Positions 30,405-40,798 of a stretch of 64,000 nt of DNA are shown here, piece after piece. The notes below the pieces were generated by a model that was given only the letters and a program-made list of their open reading frames with translations, ran no database searches and had not been told where the DNA came from. The stretch comes from Acidobacteriota bacterium (GTDB lineage: Bacteria > Acidobacteriota > Terriglobia > Terriglobales > Acidobacteriaceae): contig JAJXZL010000024.1 of assembly GCA_021780075.1 (NCBI GenBank), positions 3,975 to 67,974 of the forward strand, given 5' to 3'. Position 1 is the stretch's first letter; every line of letters begins with the position of its first letter. Position numbers and translations under genes: made by a program.

Positions 30405-32737
30405 GAATGTGCTCCCGTGAGTGGTGTCCCCGTAAATGATGCAGCGGAACTGCCCTCGAGCGGGGGCTGTGCGCCAAGCTCCATAAGCGGCAAGCGCACC
30501 AGGAAGCGCGCGCCCTTGGGGCTGTTGCTCTCCGCGCTGATGGAGCCGCCGTGCTCCTGCACGATTTTGGCGGCGATGGAGAGGCCGAGGCCGGTGCCGC
30601 GCTGCTTGGTGGAATAGAACGGCAGAAAAAGCCGCTCGCGAATTTCAGGGGTGAGCCCGTGGCCCGTGTCAGAGACAACGACCTCGACAGCGGCCCCGTC
30701 TTCACAGAGCCCGCTACTGATGTCAAGCTCGCGCAGCAGGCTGCCCTGCATGGCTTCGGCTGCGTTGTCAATGAGGTTGGCGAGCGCGCGACGGATCGCA
30801 TCGGGGTCGGCGAGCACCATGGGCAGGCCCTGCTCAAGACTGCGCCGGATCGTGATGCCTTCAAGCCGCCCGGTAAACAGAGCCAGAGCTTCCTCGGCAA
30901 CTTTGTTCATGTCACAGGCACGCGGCTGCGGCGCGGGAAATTGCGCCAGCGCGGAGAACTGATCCACGAGCTTGCGCAGCGTGGCCACACATCCCAGAAT
31001 CACCTCACTGCATTTGCGGATAATGGCGGGCGAGTCAGGCTGGCCCCGATCAAGATGCTTGCCGATGCGCTCGGCGGAGAGCGCGATGGGCGTCAGCGGA
31101 TTCTTGATTTCGTGGGCTACGCGCTGCGCCACTTCTTTCCAGGCCAACTGCCGCTGCGCGCGCAAAAGCTCGGTCGTGTCTTCCACCACCAGAACACATC
31201 CCGTCTGCCCATGCGCCAGTTCCAGCCGGGCGCTGGTCACGGCCAGATGCATCGCGCGTCCGCGGGCGTGAAACTCAATCTCAGTGGAGGCCGCGCCCAT
31301 ACGCTGGCCCCGGCGGATGACCCCGGCCAGATCGTCAACACACTCGGGCGGCAACAGGGCGCCGAGCTTCTGTCCGCGCAGTGCGGCGTCTTCACGCTGC
31401 CCCATGAGCACGGCAAAGGCGCGATTGGCCTGCAACACGCTGCCTGCGCCGTCCAGGGTGACAACGCCGCTGGGGATGGTTTCGACGATGGTCTCCAACT
31501 CGCGGCGGCGCTCCTCGATGGCAAGGTTGGCTGCGGTCAGTTGCGCGGACGAGCTCTCTGCCAACTGCCGGCTGGCATCCAGATCGGCCGCCATGTGGTT
31601 GAAAGAGCGCACCAGCTCGGCCATTTCGCCGGTGGTCTCCAGCGCCACGCGGTGGTCGTATTTGCCGGTAGCGATCTTGTCCATGGCATCGGCCAGCGCC
31701 TCCACCGGGCGCGTGATTTGCTTGGATAGAAACAAGGCCAGCCACACGCTGGAGAAGAAAACCACCACCGTAATCAGCAGCAGCATCAGGAAGAAAGTGG
31801 AACGGATGCTTCTGCGCGAACGGAACAGAATCCAGTAAGCGGCAGCGCCTGAGCGGATGCGCGTCGTGGTCTGGCTGAGCCCCTGCGGCATAGGCAGCGC
31901 TGCCAAGACGATGCGGCCAGAGGCTGTGGCCGACATGCCCAGCGCATACTCCCGGTCTCCGATCCGGATCACCGGCTCATCGCTGCGCTGCGCTGAGGTG
32001 AGCAGGCTTTCTGAAAGCGGGCCGCGTAGCGGAATGGCGGTTCCGGTCACGTCTTCGTCTGTCTTGTCGGGCAGCCACGGAATCAGGCTGGCCGGGCTGG
32101 TCTCCGGCGGCGCCTGAAAGCTGGCCAGCATCTTCTGGTCTTTGTCGTAGACCACTACAAAGCCGCCGTCCAGCGTGATGCGGTGCGAGCTAAGTACACC
32201 TTCTAGAGTCTGTAAGTCGCGGTCGGGAGCTCCGGTGGCCGCGATGGACTCCGCCTCGCCACGCGCGTTGCTGGTGACGTACTGCGCCAGTTCCAGCACG
32301 ACGCGGGTCGAGTCTTCGCGCAGCTCCGATGTGTTCGGCGAGAACCAGCGGTCGATGGACCGGTTCATCAACTGGAAGCTGAACAGGAACATGAAGACCG
32401 CGGGGGTGAGTGCGATCAACACCGCTCCCAGCACCATCCGCGTGCGTAGCCGCGCGCCCAGGGCGCTGCTGCTTCCCTGGTCGGCATACAGCTTAAGGAT
32501 GTTCCTGAGCAGCAGCATCAGGAGCATCATGAGCAGGAGAAATACCACCACCGTAACGGCGGTAAAGGCCAGCGTCTCACCGGCCGTATCTGGATTTAGA
32601 AAGCTGACGTTGGATGTGTTGAAGGCCTGCAGACCGCCCAGCACGGCAAAGAACAGCAAGACGCCCGCCCCAAGCAGGACCACCAACCGCCGCCGCGGAT
32701 TGCCCTCAGTAGGCATGCGGCGATTATAGGCGCTCAC
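30401..32737 (-). CDS. Membrane sensor histidine kinase (NtrY-like: TMs-HAMP-PAS-HisKA-HATPase)
   Basis: 778 aa with N-terminal TM helices, HAMP (ITRPVEALADAMDKIATGKYDHRV), H-box VAHEIKNPLTPIALSAERI, N-box NLIDNAAEAM, and G-boxes DTGHGL / GTGLGLSIA. The stop overlaps the regulator start by 4 nt. Confidence 0.9.
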   Translation of the reverse strand: MSAYNRRMPTEGNPRRRLVVLLGAGVLLFFAVLGGLQAFNTSNVSFLNPDTAGETLAFTAVTVVVFLLLMMLLMLLLRNILKLYADQGSSSALGARLRTRMVLGAVLIALTPAVFMFLFSFQLMNRSIDRWFSPNTSELREDSTRVVLELAQYVTSNARGEAESIAATGAPDRDLQTLEGVLSSHRITLDGGFVVVYDKDQKMLASFQAPPETSPASLIPWLPDKTDEDVTGTAIPLRGPLSESLLTSAQRSDEPVIRIGDREYALGMSATASGRIVLAALPMPQGLSQTTTRIRSGAAAYWILFRSRRSIRSTFFLMLLLITVVVFFSSVWLALFLSKQITRPVEALADAMDKIATGKYDHRVALETTGEMAELVRSFNHMAADLDASRQLAESSSAQLTAANLAIEERRRELETIVETIPSGVVTLDGAGSVLQANRAFAVLMGQREDAALRGQKLGALLPPECVDDLAGVIRRGQRMGAASTEIEFHARGRAMHLAVTSARLELAHGQTGCVLVVEDTTELLRAQRQLAWKEVAQRVAHEIKNPLTPIALSAERIGKHLDRGQPDSPAIIRKCSEVILGCVATLRKLVDQFSALAQFPAPQPRACDMNKVAEEALALFTGRLEGITIRRSLEQGLPMVLADPDAIRRALANLIDNAAEAMQGSLLRELDISSGLCEDGAAVEVVVSDTGHGLTPEIRERLFLPFYSTKQRGTGLGLSIAAKIVQEHGGSISAESNSPKGARFLVRLPLMELGAQPPLEGSSAASFTGTPLTGAHS

Positions 32738-32955
32738 GGAATTTTGCGGCCAGACGATAGAACAACATGACCCGGGGCCAGCACCCTCCGCTCACCCTGC
32801 GTCCCGTCCCCACCGGCGGCCATTCAAGAGAGTGGAGGAAGCGCTGAAAAAGTCCATTTGCTCCTATGTCCTGAAGCGGGGAACGCGCAATCCAATAAGC
32901 GCGTCCGACCCGCATCCGCAGGCAGGTGTTTGCGGATGCGGGTCGGCAAAAGCTG

Positions 32956-34071
32956 CTATCCCAGCACGCTGGATGCCGCGGTCCAGGGGCGCAGCTGGCT
33001 CTCGGCGACGCCGCGATGGGTCAGCACGCCGAGCCAGGTGTTCAGCCCATCGGCCAAGCCTGCATCCTGCTTGAGCGCCTCGCGGGCACCCAGGTTGGCC
33101 AACCGCAGCAGATACGGGAACGTCGAGTTGGTCAGCGCCAGCGTTGACGTGTGCGGCACCGCGCCCGGCATGTTGGTGACGCAGTAGTGCACCACGCCAT
33201 CCACCACATAGCTCGGGTTGGAGTGCGATGTGGGGCGCGCCGTTTCCACGCAACCGCCCTGGTCGATCGCTACATCCACGATCACCGCGCCTTTCTTCAT
33301 CTGCGCGACCATGGCGCGGGTGACGATTTTGGGAGCCGTGGCACCCGGGATCAGCACCCCGCCGATGACGAGGTCGGCCTCGTGCGTGGCTTGGCTGATG
33401 TTGTAGCTGTTCGAGGCCAGCGTGTGGAGGCGGCCATTGAAGATGTCGTCCAGTTCGCGCAGACGGTTCATATTCACGTCAACCAGGGTGGTTTTGGCGC
33501 CAAAGCCCAGCGCGATGCGGGCTGCGTTGGTGCCCACGATGCCGCCCCCGATGATGGTGACATGAGCGGGGGGCACGCCGGGTACGCCACCCAGCAGAAT
33601 GCCGCGTCCGCCGCGTTCCTTCTCGAGATAGCTTGCACCCACCTGCACGCTCATGCGGCCTGCCACTTCGCTCATGGGCATGAGCAGCGGCAACATGCCG
33701 CGGCGATCGCGCACTGTCTCATAGGCAATGCCGATGACCTTCGACTCCAGCAGCTTGTTGGTCAGATCAGGCAAGGGAGCAAGGTGCAGATAGGTGAAGA
33801 GGACCAGGCCCTCGCGGAAGAAGACGTACTCCTTCTCGACCGGCTCTTTGACCTTGACCACCATCTCGGACTTGCCCCAGACGTAGCCGGGCTCGCCAAC
33901 AATCTCCGCGCCGGCATCCTGGTACTCGGCATCGGTAAAGCCGGATTGCGCGCCGGCCATGGTCTCAACCAGCACGGTATGGCCGGCCTCGATGAGCGCC
34001 TTTGCGCCCGCCGGGGTTACGCCCACACGGGCTTCATTGTCTTTGATCTCTCTGGGGACGCCGATAATCAT
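32956..34071 (-). CDS. ald: Alanine dehydrogenase
   Basis: [22 protein letters not shown]..., NAD site [26 protein letters not shown]. Confidence 0.95.
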   Translation of the reverse strand: MIIGVPREIKDNEARVGVTPAGAKALIEAGHTVLVETMAGAQSGFTDAEYQDAGAEIVGEPGYVWGKSEMVVKVKEPVEKEYVFFREGLVLFTYLHLAPLPDLTNKLLESKVIGIAYETVRDRRGMLPLLMPMSEVAGRMSVQVGASYLEKERGGRGILLGGVPGVPPAHVTIIGGGIVGTNAARIALGFGAKTTLVDVNMNRLRELDDIFNGRLHTLASNSYNISQATHEADLVIGGVLIPGATAPKIVTRAMVAQMKKGAVIVDVAIDQGGCVETARPTSHSNPSYVVDGVVHYCVTNMPGAVPHTSTLALTNSTFPYLLRLANLGAREALKQDAGLADGLNTWLGVLTHRGVAESQLRPWTAASSVLG

Positions 34072-34255
34072 GGGTTCTGCTCCTCTCGGGGTTGATGCGC
34101 ATTGAGGAGCGCCAGACCCCAGGAAGCGACCGCGCCGGCGTTGGATGTCAAGGGAGGGCTATTCCGGCGCGGCTGGATAGTGCGCTTCCAACTGCAGGCA
34201 ATACTACGGTGCATTTGGCTTTCAATGTGTGCAAATTTCGTGGTAAAACTCCTTC

Positions 34256-34771
34256 ATGGGAACGAAACGTGATGAAATAAATCATTTATCGCAAGAAATA
34301 TTCAAACTGGCTTCTGACAGTGGGCTGGACGAGCTGGATGCGGCCATTCTGCGTTACCTGGAGGGCCACGGGCGGGCCACCAATTATGAGGTGGGCGAGG
34401 CGGTTGGGCTGTCAGCGTCTGCGGCTTCGCGGCGCATCCAGGCGCTGGAAACGGCGCGGGCCATTCGCGGCTACCGCGCCTTGATTGATGATCGGCTGCT
34501 GGGCAAGCGGATGACCGTCTACATCCGCATTACGCTGGAGCGCCAGTCGGCTGGCGTGCTGAACGCGTTTGAGACTGCCGTGCGGCACTGCCACGAGATT
34601 GTGAGCTGCCACCTGATGGCCGGCCAGTATGACTATATGCTGGTAGCGCGCGTGAGCGACATTGATGACTATGGCCGGCTGCACCAGAATGAGCTATCGC
34701 GCCTGCCAGGCGTGATAAGGCTGGAAACCAGCTTTGCGCTCAGGGACGTGCTGGACGGCGACAACGCATAG
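34256..34771 (+). CDS. Lrp/AsnC family transcriptional regulator
   Basis: LDELDAAILRYLEGHGRATNYEVGEAVGLSASAASRRIQALE (HTH) plus an ACT-like RAM domain. Divergent from ald, the common ald-regulator arrangement. The exact start is uncertain. Confidence 0.88.
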   Translation: MGTKRDEINHLSQEIFKLASDSGLDELDAAILRYLEGHGRATNYEVGEAVGLSASAASRRIQALETARAIRGYRALIDDRLLGKRMTVYIRITLERQSAGVLNAFETAVRHCHEIVSCHLMAGQYDYMLVARVSDIDDYGRLHQNELSRLPGVIRLETSFALRDVLDGDNA

Positions 34772-34919
34772 CCGCGAGGGAGCAGTCTGGCCGTGTGTAT
34801 TCGTGGACACGCAGGCGGCATGGGCGCAAATTCAGGTTGTCAACACCTGGGACGCATGGTCCAATCTGCTTAGACTCCCAGGCATTGATAGCACAGCACG
34901 GGGACGAGGTTTTGCGTAC

Positions 34920-36023
34920 ATGGGTGATTCTGGGCAGCAATTTCCCGGCGGCGCGGCGGGGAGCAATCAACCGGGCGCCACCTTTGATTCGACAGCCTTC
35001 CGATCCGCGGAGACGTCGGGCCTTGGCCTCCCAGAAGGCTTCGGAATTCCAGAGCCCAAGCCACCGCGGAAATTGCCCAAGGACCGTCGCCCCTTGATAC
35101 TGGCCGGATTTGGGGCCCTTGCGCTGGTGATGATCGTTCTTGTGGTGGCCAGCCTGCCTAAATCGAAGGCTGATGCCGATGATTGGGGTGAAGGCGTCTT
35201 CCATGCCGCCGCACTGCGCGGCCATCTTGTAACTCGCTGGGATGGCCAGGCGCAGTATCAGTTGGAGATTAAGCCCATCGATCCGCGGCAGAATACGCAG
35301 TTTGCCTATGTGGCCGGCAATCCGCCGGGACCTCTTTATCTGAACATCCGATTGCTGGATCAGGCAGGCTTCGCGGTGTGCGGCAAGCAGGTGCTGTTCG
35401 CGTTTGACCCAGCAAAGTCGGCGCCCGCGCCGATCCCGGATGCCGGTCCCAAAGCGCGCAAGGCAGTGGCTGAGCGCATTGCGCGGGAGCAGGCCGCGCA
35501 GCGGGCAACATTGCAAAGTCAGCAGGCTCAGGAGCAGGCAAGAGAGCACGGGAACGACATACTGCAGAATGAGCTCGGCGAAGACGGAACGATCGTGTCA
35601 GTCAATGCGGCGGGCACGCTCCCCTGTTCGCGGGAGCAGTACAAGCGCATCTATTACTGGGACTTTGCCACGAACTTTCCCACGGTCGACGAGCAGGATG
35701 CGCTGATGTACCATGAGAAAGAGACGCAGGCCAGAAAGGCTTATGAAGCGCGCATGGCCGCGCGTCGCAGGAATGCGGCAGCGTCGCTCTCTGCCTTCTA
35801 CGTGGAGGGAGAGGACAGGGCTACCGGATACGAGACAGCAAGGAACCTGCTGGAAACCGCCGACAGAAAGCGCTTCTTTATTGGGAAAAAGAGCGACCAG
35901 GCAGTAGCGGCCGGCTGGGCTGCCGATTCCTCGCTGATTCACTACAAGTGTGACCAGCACGCAAACTGCGCATTGAAACATGCGGGCACGGTACTGGTAA
36001 TTTACGGCAGCTTGAATGAGTAA
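34920..36023 (+). CDS. Hypothetical membrane-anchored protein
   Basis: Gly/Pro-rich N-terminus, one TM (PLILAGFGALALVMIVLVVASL), then a ~270-aa domain of ordinary composition. No family recognised. The ORF-track start at 34734 overlaps the Lrp gene and is trimmed to the ATG at 34920. Confidence 0.55.
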   Translation: MGDSGQQFPGGAAGSNQPGATFDSTAFRSAETSGLGLPEGFGIPEPKPPRKLPKDRRPLILAGFGALALVMIVLVVASLPKSKADADDWGEGVFHAAALRGHLVTRWDGQAQYQLEIKPIDPRQNTQFAYVAGNPPGPLYLNIRLLDQAGFAVCGKQVLFAFDPAKSAPAPIPDAGPKARKAVAERIAREQAAQRATLQSQQAQEQAREHGNDILQNELGEDGTIVSVNAAGTLPCSREQYKRIYYWDFATNFPTVDEQDALMYHEKETQARKAYEARMAARRRNAAASLSAFYVEGEDRATGYETARNLLETADRKRFFIGKKSDQAVAAGWAADSSLIHYKCDQHANCALKHAGTVLVIYGSLNE

Positions 36024-36154
36024 GCGCGAAGTATTGAGGCAGTGATTCAGACAGTTCTCGTGCAAAAAGGGATAAGGTCGCATGTCATCGACCTTATCCC
36101 TCTTCTTTCACCTATCTTCAATTTACGAACTATTCTCTTCGACTTACTTTGCGC

Positions 36155-37645
36155 TCACTCCGCGTTGTCGATCTGCGCCCGCTGGAGCTTGTCGGAGTAA
36201 TCGACGTACACCGCCTTCCACGTCGTGAAGAAGTCGATGGCGCCCAGGCCCTCGCGGTGGCCGTTGCCGGTTTGCTTGACGCCGCCGAAGGGCAGATGCA
36301 CCTCTGCGCCAATTGTCGGCGCGTTGATGTAAGTAATGCCCGCCTCCAGGTCGCGAATGGCCGCAAAGGCGCGGTTCACGTCCTTGGTGTAGAGAGCAGT
36401 GGACAGGCCATAGTCGATCGAGTTGGCGATTTCGATGGCCTGCTCGAAGGTGTCAAACTCAATGAGGCTTACGACCGGCCCGAAGACTTCTTCGCGTGCG
36501 ATGCGCATATTGGGCGTGACTCCGCCGAAGACCGTTGGCTCAAAGAAAGTGCCCTTGCTGTAAGCTCCCTCAGTCAGTGGGTGGCCTCCGGCAAGTAACT
36601 TGGCGCCCTCTGCCAGAGCGATCTCAACATACTGCTTTGAGGTTTCAATCTGCCCCGCATTGACCTGCGGACCTACCTCGATGGACTCATCAAGGCCGTT
36701 GCCGACTTTGAGCGCCTTGGCGCGGGCAACAAAGCGGGAGGTGAACTCGGCAGCAATGCCCTTCTGCAGCAGGACGCGGCTGGTGGCAGTGCAGCGCTGG
36801 CCGGTGGTGCCGAAGGATCCCCAGAGCGCGCCGTCGAGGGCCAGCTCAAGATTGGCGTCGTTGAGCACGATCTGCGCGTTCTTGCCACCCATCTCCAGCG
36901 ATACGGGCTTGAAGGTGGCGGCGGCGCGCTGGCCGACAAAGGAGCCGACCTCGCTGGAGCCGGTGAAGCTGACGGCGCGCACGTCGGGGTGCTCGATGAG
37001 CGGCGTGCCGGTGGCCCCGCCGCTGCCGCTGACAATGTTGACCACTCCAGGCGGCACGCCGGCATCCACCAGCGCCTGCACCAGGTTATAGGTGGAAAGC
37101 GGGGTATCCGTGGCCGGCTTGATGACGCAGGTGTTGCCGGAGACGAGCGCCGGGAACAGCTTCCAGCTTGGAATGGCCATGGGGAAATTCCATGGCGTGA
37201 TGAGGCCAACGACGCCCACGGGCATGCGCACGCTCATGGCGAACTTGTTCTGGAGTTCGCTGGGCGTGGTCACGCCAAAGAGGCGCCGCCCTTCTCCGGC
37301 CACATAGAAGGCTTCGTCGATGGCCTCCTGCACGTCGCCACGGGTTTCCGCGATCACTTTGCCCATTTCGCGGGTCATATCGCGTGCGTATTGCTCCTTG
37401 CGCTGCTGGAGGATAAGGCCGGCGCGTGCCAGGATCTCTGCCCGCTTGGGCGCGGGAACAAGGCGCCACGTGGCGTATGCCTTTTTGGCGGCCGCAACGG
37501 CTAGGTTCACGTCTTCAGCATGAGAGGAGGGAAACGCCCCAACGATGTCGGAGTGGTCCGCCGGGTTAAGGTTCAGGATGGTCTTGCCGCTCCGGGCGGG
37601 CAGCCATTCGCCGCCAATCAGATTGTGGTATGTGGGATAAGTCAT
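36155..37645 (-). CDS. NAD(P)-dependent aldehyde dehydrogenase family protein
   Basis: 496 aa: [23 protein letters not shown], catalytic [16 protein letters not shown]. Confidence 0.94.
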   Translation of the reverse strand: MTYPTYHNLIGGEWLPARSGKTILNLNPADHSDIVGAFPSSHAEDVNLAVAAAKKAYATWRLVPAPKRAEILARAGLILQQRKEQYARDMTREMGKVIAETRGDVQEAIDEAFYVAGEGRRLFGVTTPSELQNKFAMSVRMPVGVVGLITPWNFPMAIPSWKLFPALVSGNTCVIKPATDTPLSTYNLVQALVDAGVPPGVVNIVSGSGGATGTPLIEHPDVRAVSFTGSSEVGSFVGQRAAATFKPVSLEMGGKNAQIVLNDANLELALDGALWGSFGTTGQRCTATSRVLLQKGIAAEFTSRFVARAKALKVGNGLDESIEVGPQVNAGQIETSKQYVEIALAEGAKLLAGGHPLTEGAYSKGTFFEPTVFGGVTPNMRIAREEVFGPVVSLIEFDTFEQAIEIANSIDYGLSTALYTKDVNRAFAAIRDLEAGITYINAPTIGAEVHLPFGGVKQTGNGHREGLGAIDFFTTWKAVYVDYSDKLQRAQIDNAE

Positions 37646-37814
37646 AAGGTCCTCTGGATCAGTGCAAAGCCCGGCTGTTCAGTTGGATGTCAGGGCCAGT
37701 GCAACCCACTGAGTTTACCGCAACGGGCACAGGCCGCACAGTGCAGCGGAAGTTCGGGACTGAAGGGCAGGGTTTACGGCCACATGCGGCCCGCTGGCCG
37801 TACAATGTGAATGA

Positions 37815-38896
<1,082 letters not shown>

Positions 38897-38897
<1 letters not shown>

Positions 38898-38975
38898 CAG
38901 GGGTCAGGGCTCAGAGATCAGGGATCAGAGGTTGAGGGTCCGTGTCTGCTGATTTCTGCACCCTGAGCCCTAACC
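38897..38975 (+). repeat. Heptad-periodic TCAGRGN array and long imperfect hairpin in the mreB-mreC spacer
   Basis: ACAG/TCAG/TCAG/TCAG/TCAG/TTGA at 38897, 38904, 38911, 38918, 38925 and 38932, beginning in the mreB stop codon. 38902-38914 pairs with 38963-38975 at 12 of 13 positions. The 3' arm ends 4 nt before the mreC ATG. Confidence 0.8.
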
Positions 38976-38978
38976 ACG

Positions 38979-40181
38979 ATGGAAACATTCTTCGCCCGCT
39001 ACCGTAATCTCGTGGTGCTGCTGGCTATGCTGGTGGCGCAAATCATCGGTCTTGCCATGCAGGTGCATCGGACCGAAGGCGGGCGCATGAGCGTTGATCG
39101 CCGCGATGGCAGCGGTGTCCGTCTTATCCGGTTGTGGGCCAATGGGCTTGTTTCGCCGCCGGAGCGGCTGATTCACTCTACCAGCCTGGGCGTGGCCAGC
39201 CTGTGGCAAAACTACCTGGACCTGCGCCACGTACGCCAGCAGAACCAGGACCTTGAAAAGACCGTCGACCGGCTGCGGTTGGAGCAGGCAGCCCTGCTTG
39301 AGGATGCGCGCCAGGGCCAGCGCCTGCAGGGCCTGGTGAACTTCCAGCAAAAGTACATCTACAAGACAATGCCGGCGCAGGTGATCGGCTCCAGCGGCAG
39401 CATGCAGTCGCGCGTCTTCTATCTCGACAAGGGATCGGACGAGGGGCTGCGGCGCGACATGGCGGTCATTACGCCGGATGGCATCGTGGGCAAGGTGCGC
39501 GAGGTATTTGCGCACTCGGCACAGGTGTTGCTGATTAATGACCAGACGAGCGGCGCGGGCGTGATTCTTGAGACAACGCGCACGCGCGGCATTCTGCGGG
39601 GCAACGCGGCGGGCCAGCCGCAGGTTGTGGGCATCATGGCCGACAATCGCATCAAGCCGGGAGAAAGAGTTCTGACCGCGGGCGGCGACGAGGTTTTTCC
39701 TCGCGGCCTTCCGGTGGGTGTGGTGGAGAAGGTGGTGCAGGATCCGGAGCGCGATTCGTTCATCCAGGCGATTGTGAAGCCGGCGGCGCATCTTGACCGC
39801 CTGGATGAAGTGCTGGTGATCATCTCCACCGAGCCGCGCTTCCCGCCTGACCAGCAGCAGGACATGGCCACCAGTGAGACCCTGAAGGGTGCGGAGGCCG
39901 AGGCCGAGAATGCGCAAAAGAAGGCGTCGGAGATCATGGCTGAGCGGCTACCCGGCCTGATCGACCCCAACCTGCCCGCAAACCAGCAACCGCTGAACGA
40001 CAGCACGCCGCCGATCCCGGTGGCGCATACGCCGCAGCCGCTGCATCCTGACCGCTTTACGCCGGGCGCCACGCAGGACCACCCAACGGAACCGCAAACG
40101 GGACAGGCCGGTGATGCCGGGCAGGGAGTGCCTGCGGCTGCAAAGCCAGGAACTGAAGCTCCACAGCGGAGGCAGCCGTGA
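38979..40181 (+). CDS. mreC: Rod shape-determining protein MreC (with Pro/Gln-rich C-terminal extension)
   Basis: N-terminal TM, coiled coil (LRHVRQQNQDLEKTVDRLRLEQAALLEDA), and beta domains with ITPDGIVGKV and FPRGLPVGVV. About 120 aa of low-complexity tail. Confidence 0.9.
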   Translation: METFFARYRNLVVLLAMLVAQIIGLAMQVHRTEGGRMSVDRRDGSGVRLIRLWANGLVSPPERLIHSTSLGVASLWQNYLDLRHVRQQNQDLEKTVDRLRLEQAALLEDARQGQRLQGLVNFQQKYIYKTMPAQVIGSSGSMQSRVFYLDKGSDEGLRRDMAVITPDGIVGKVREVFAHSAQVLLINDQTSGAGVILETTRTRGILRGNAAGQPQVVGIMADNRIKPGERVLTAGGDEVFPRGLPVGVVEKVVQDPERDSFIQAIVKPAAHLDRLDEVLVIISTEPRFPPDQQQDMATSETLKGAEAEAENAQKKASEIMAERLPGLIDPNLPANQQPLNDSTPPIPVAHTPQPLHPDRFTPGATQDHPTEPQTGQAGDAGQGVPAAAKPGTEAPQRRQP

Positions 40182-40705
40182 GCATGTCGGCCCTGACGGC
40201 CAACACCCGCCGTGCGGTGGAGGTTCGCCGCTACCCGGTGCTCGTCTATGCGCTCGTGCCGCTGGTGGCGCTGGTGCTGCAGGCCTGGCTGCCGCGTGTG
40301 CTGGGCAACTATGCGTGGTTCGATCTACCCCTGGTGGTGACTGTCTACTTTGCGCTGGGCCGGCGTAACCCCATTGAGGGAACGCTTATGGGGGGCGCGC
40401 TAGGCATCTTTGAGGACGCGCTTACACAGCACGCAATTGGCATCAACGGCATCGCCAAGACGGTGGTGGGCTTTCTGGCGGCTTCTGTGGGCGTCCGTAT
40501 CGATGTGGAGAATCACACGATCCGGCTGATGCTCACCTTCCTCCTCTCTCTGCTTTCGAGCGCGGTGTATGTATTCATCTTCCGTATCCTGTTGGGGCTT
40601 GCGCTGGAGTGGAGCTGGATTGGCGAACTATCCAAAGCGCTTGGCAACGCAGTAATAGCTCTGCTGGTGTTTCCCCTGCTCGACCGCTTCAAGACAACGG
40701 ATTGA
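40178..40705 (+). CDS. mreD: Rod shape-determining protein MreD
   Basis: 175-aa polytopic membrane ORF that overlaps the mreC stop by 4 nt and lies between mreC and mrdA. Confidence 0.8.
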   Translation: MSMSALTANTRRAVEVRRYPVLVYALVPLVALVLQAWLPRVLGNYAWFDLPLVVTVYFALGRRNPIEGTLMGGALGIFEDALTQHAIGINGIAKTVVGFLAASVGVRIDVENHTIRLMLTFLLSLLSSAVYVFIFRILLGLALEWSWIGELSKALGNAVIALLVFPLLDRFKTTD

Positions 40706-40798
40706 GATAACGGCTCCGCACTTGTCCTGAGCAGGTTCGCCGGCGCGCCGGTCGTGAGGTTTTCAACTGATAACGCGGTATTCTGAAGAAGTAGGCAA

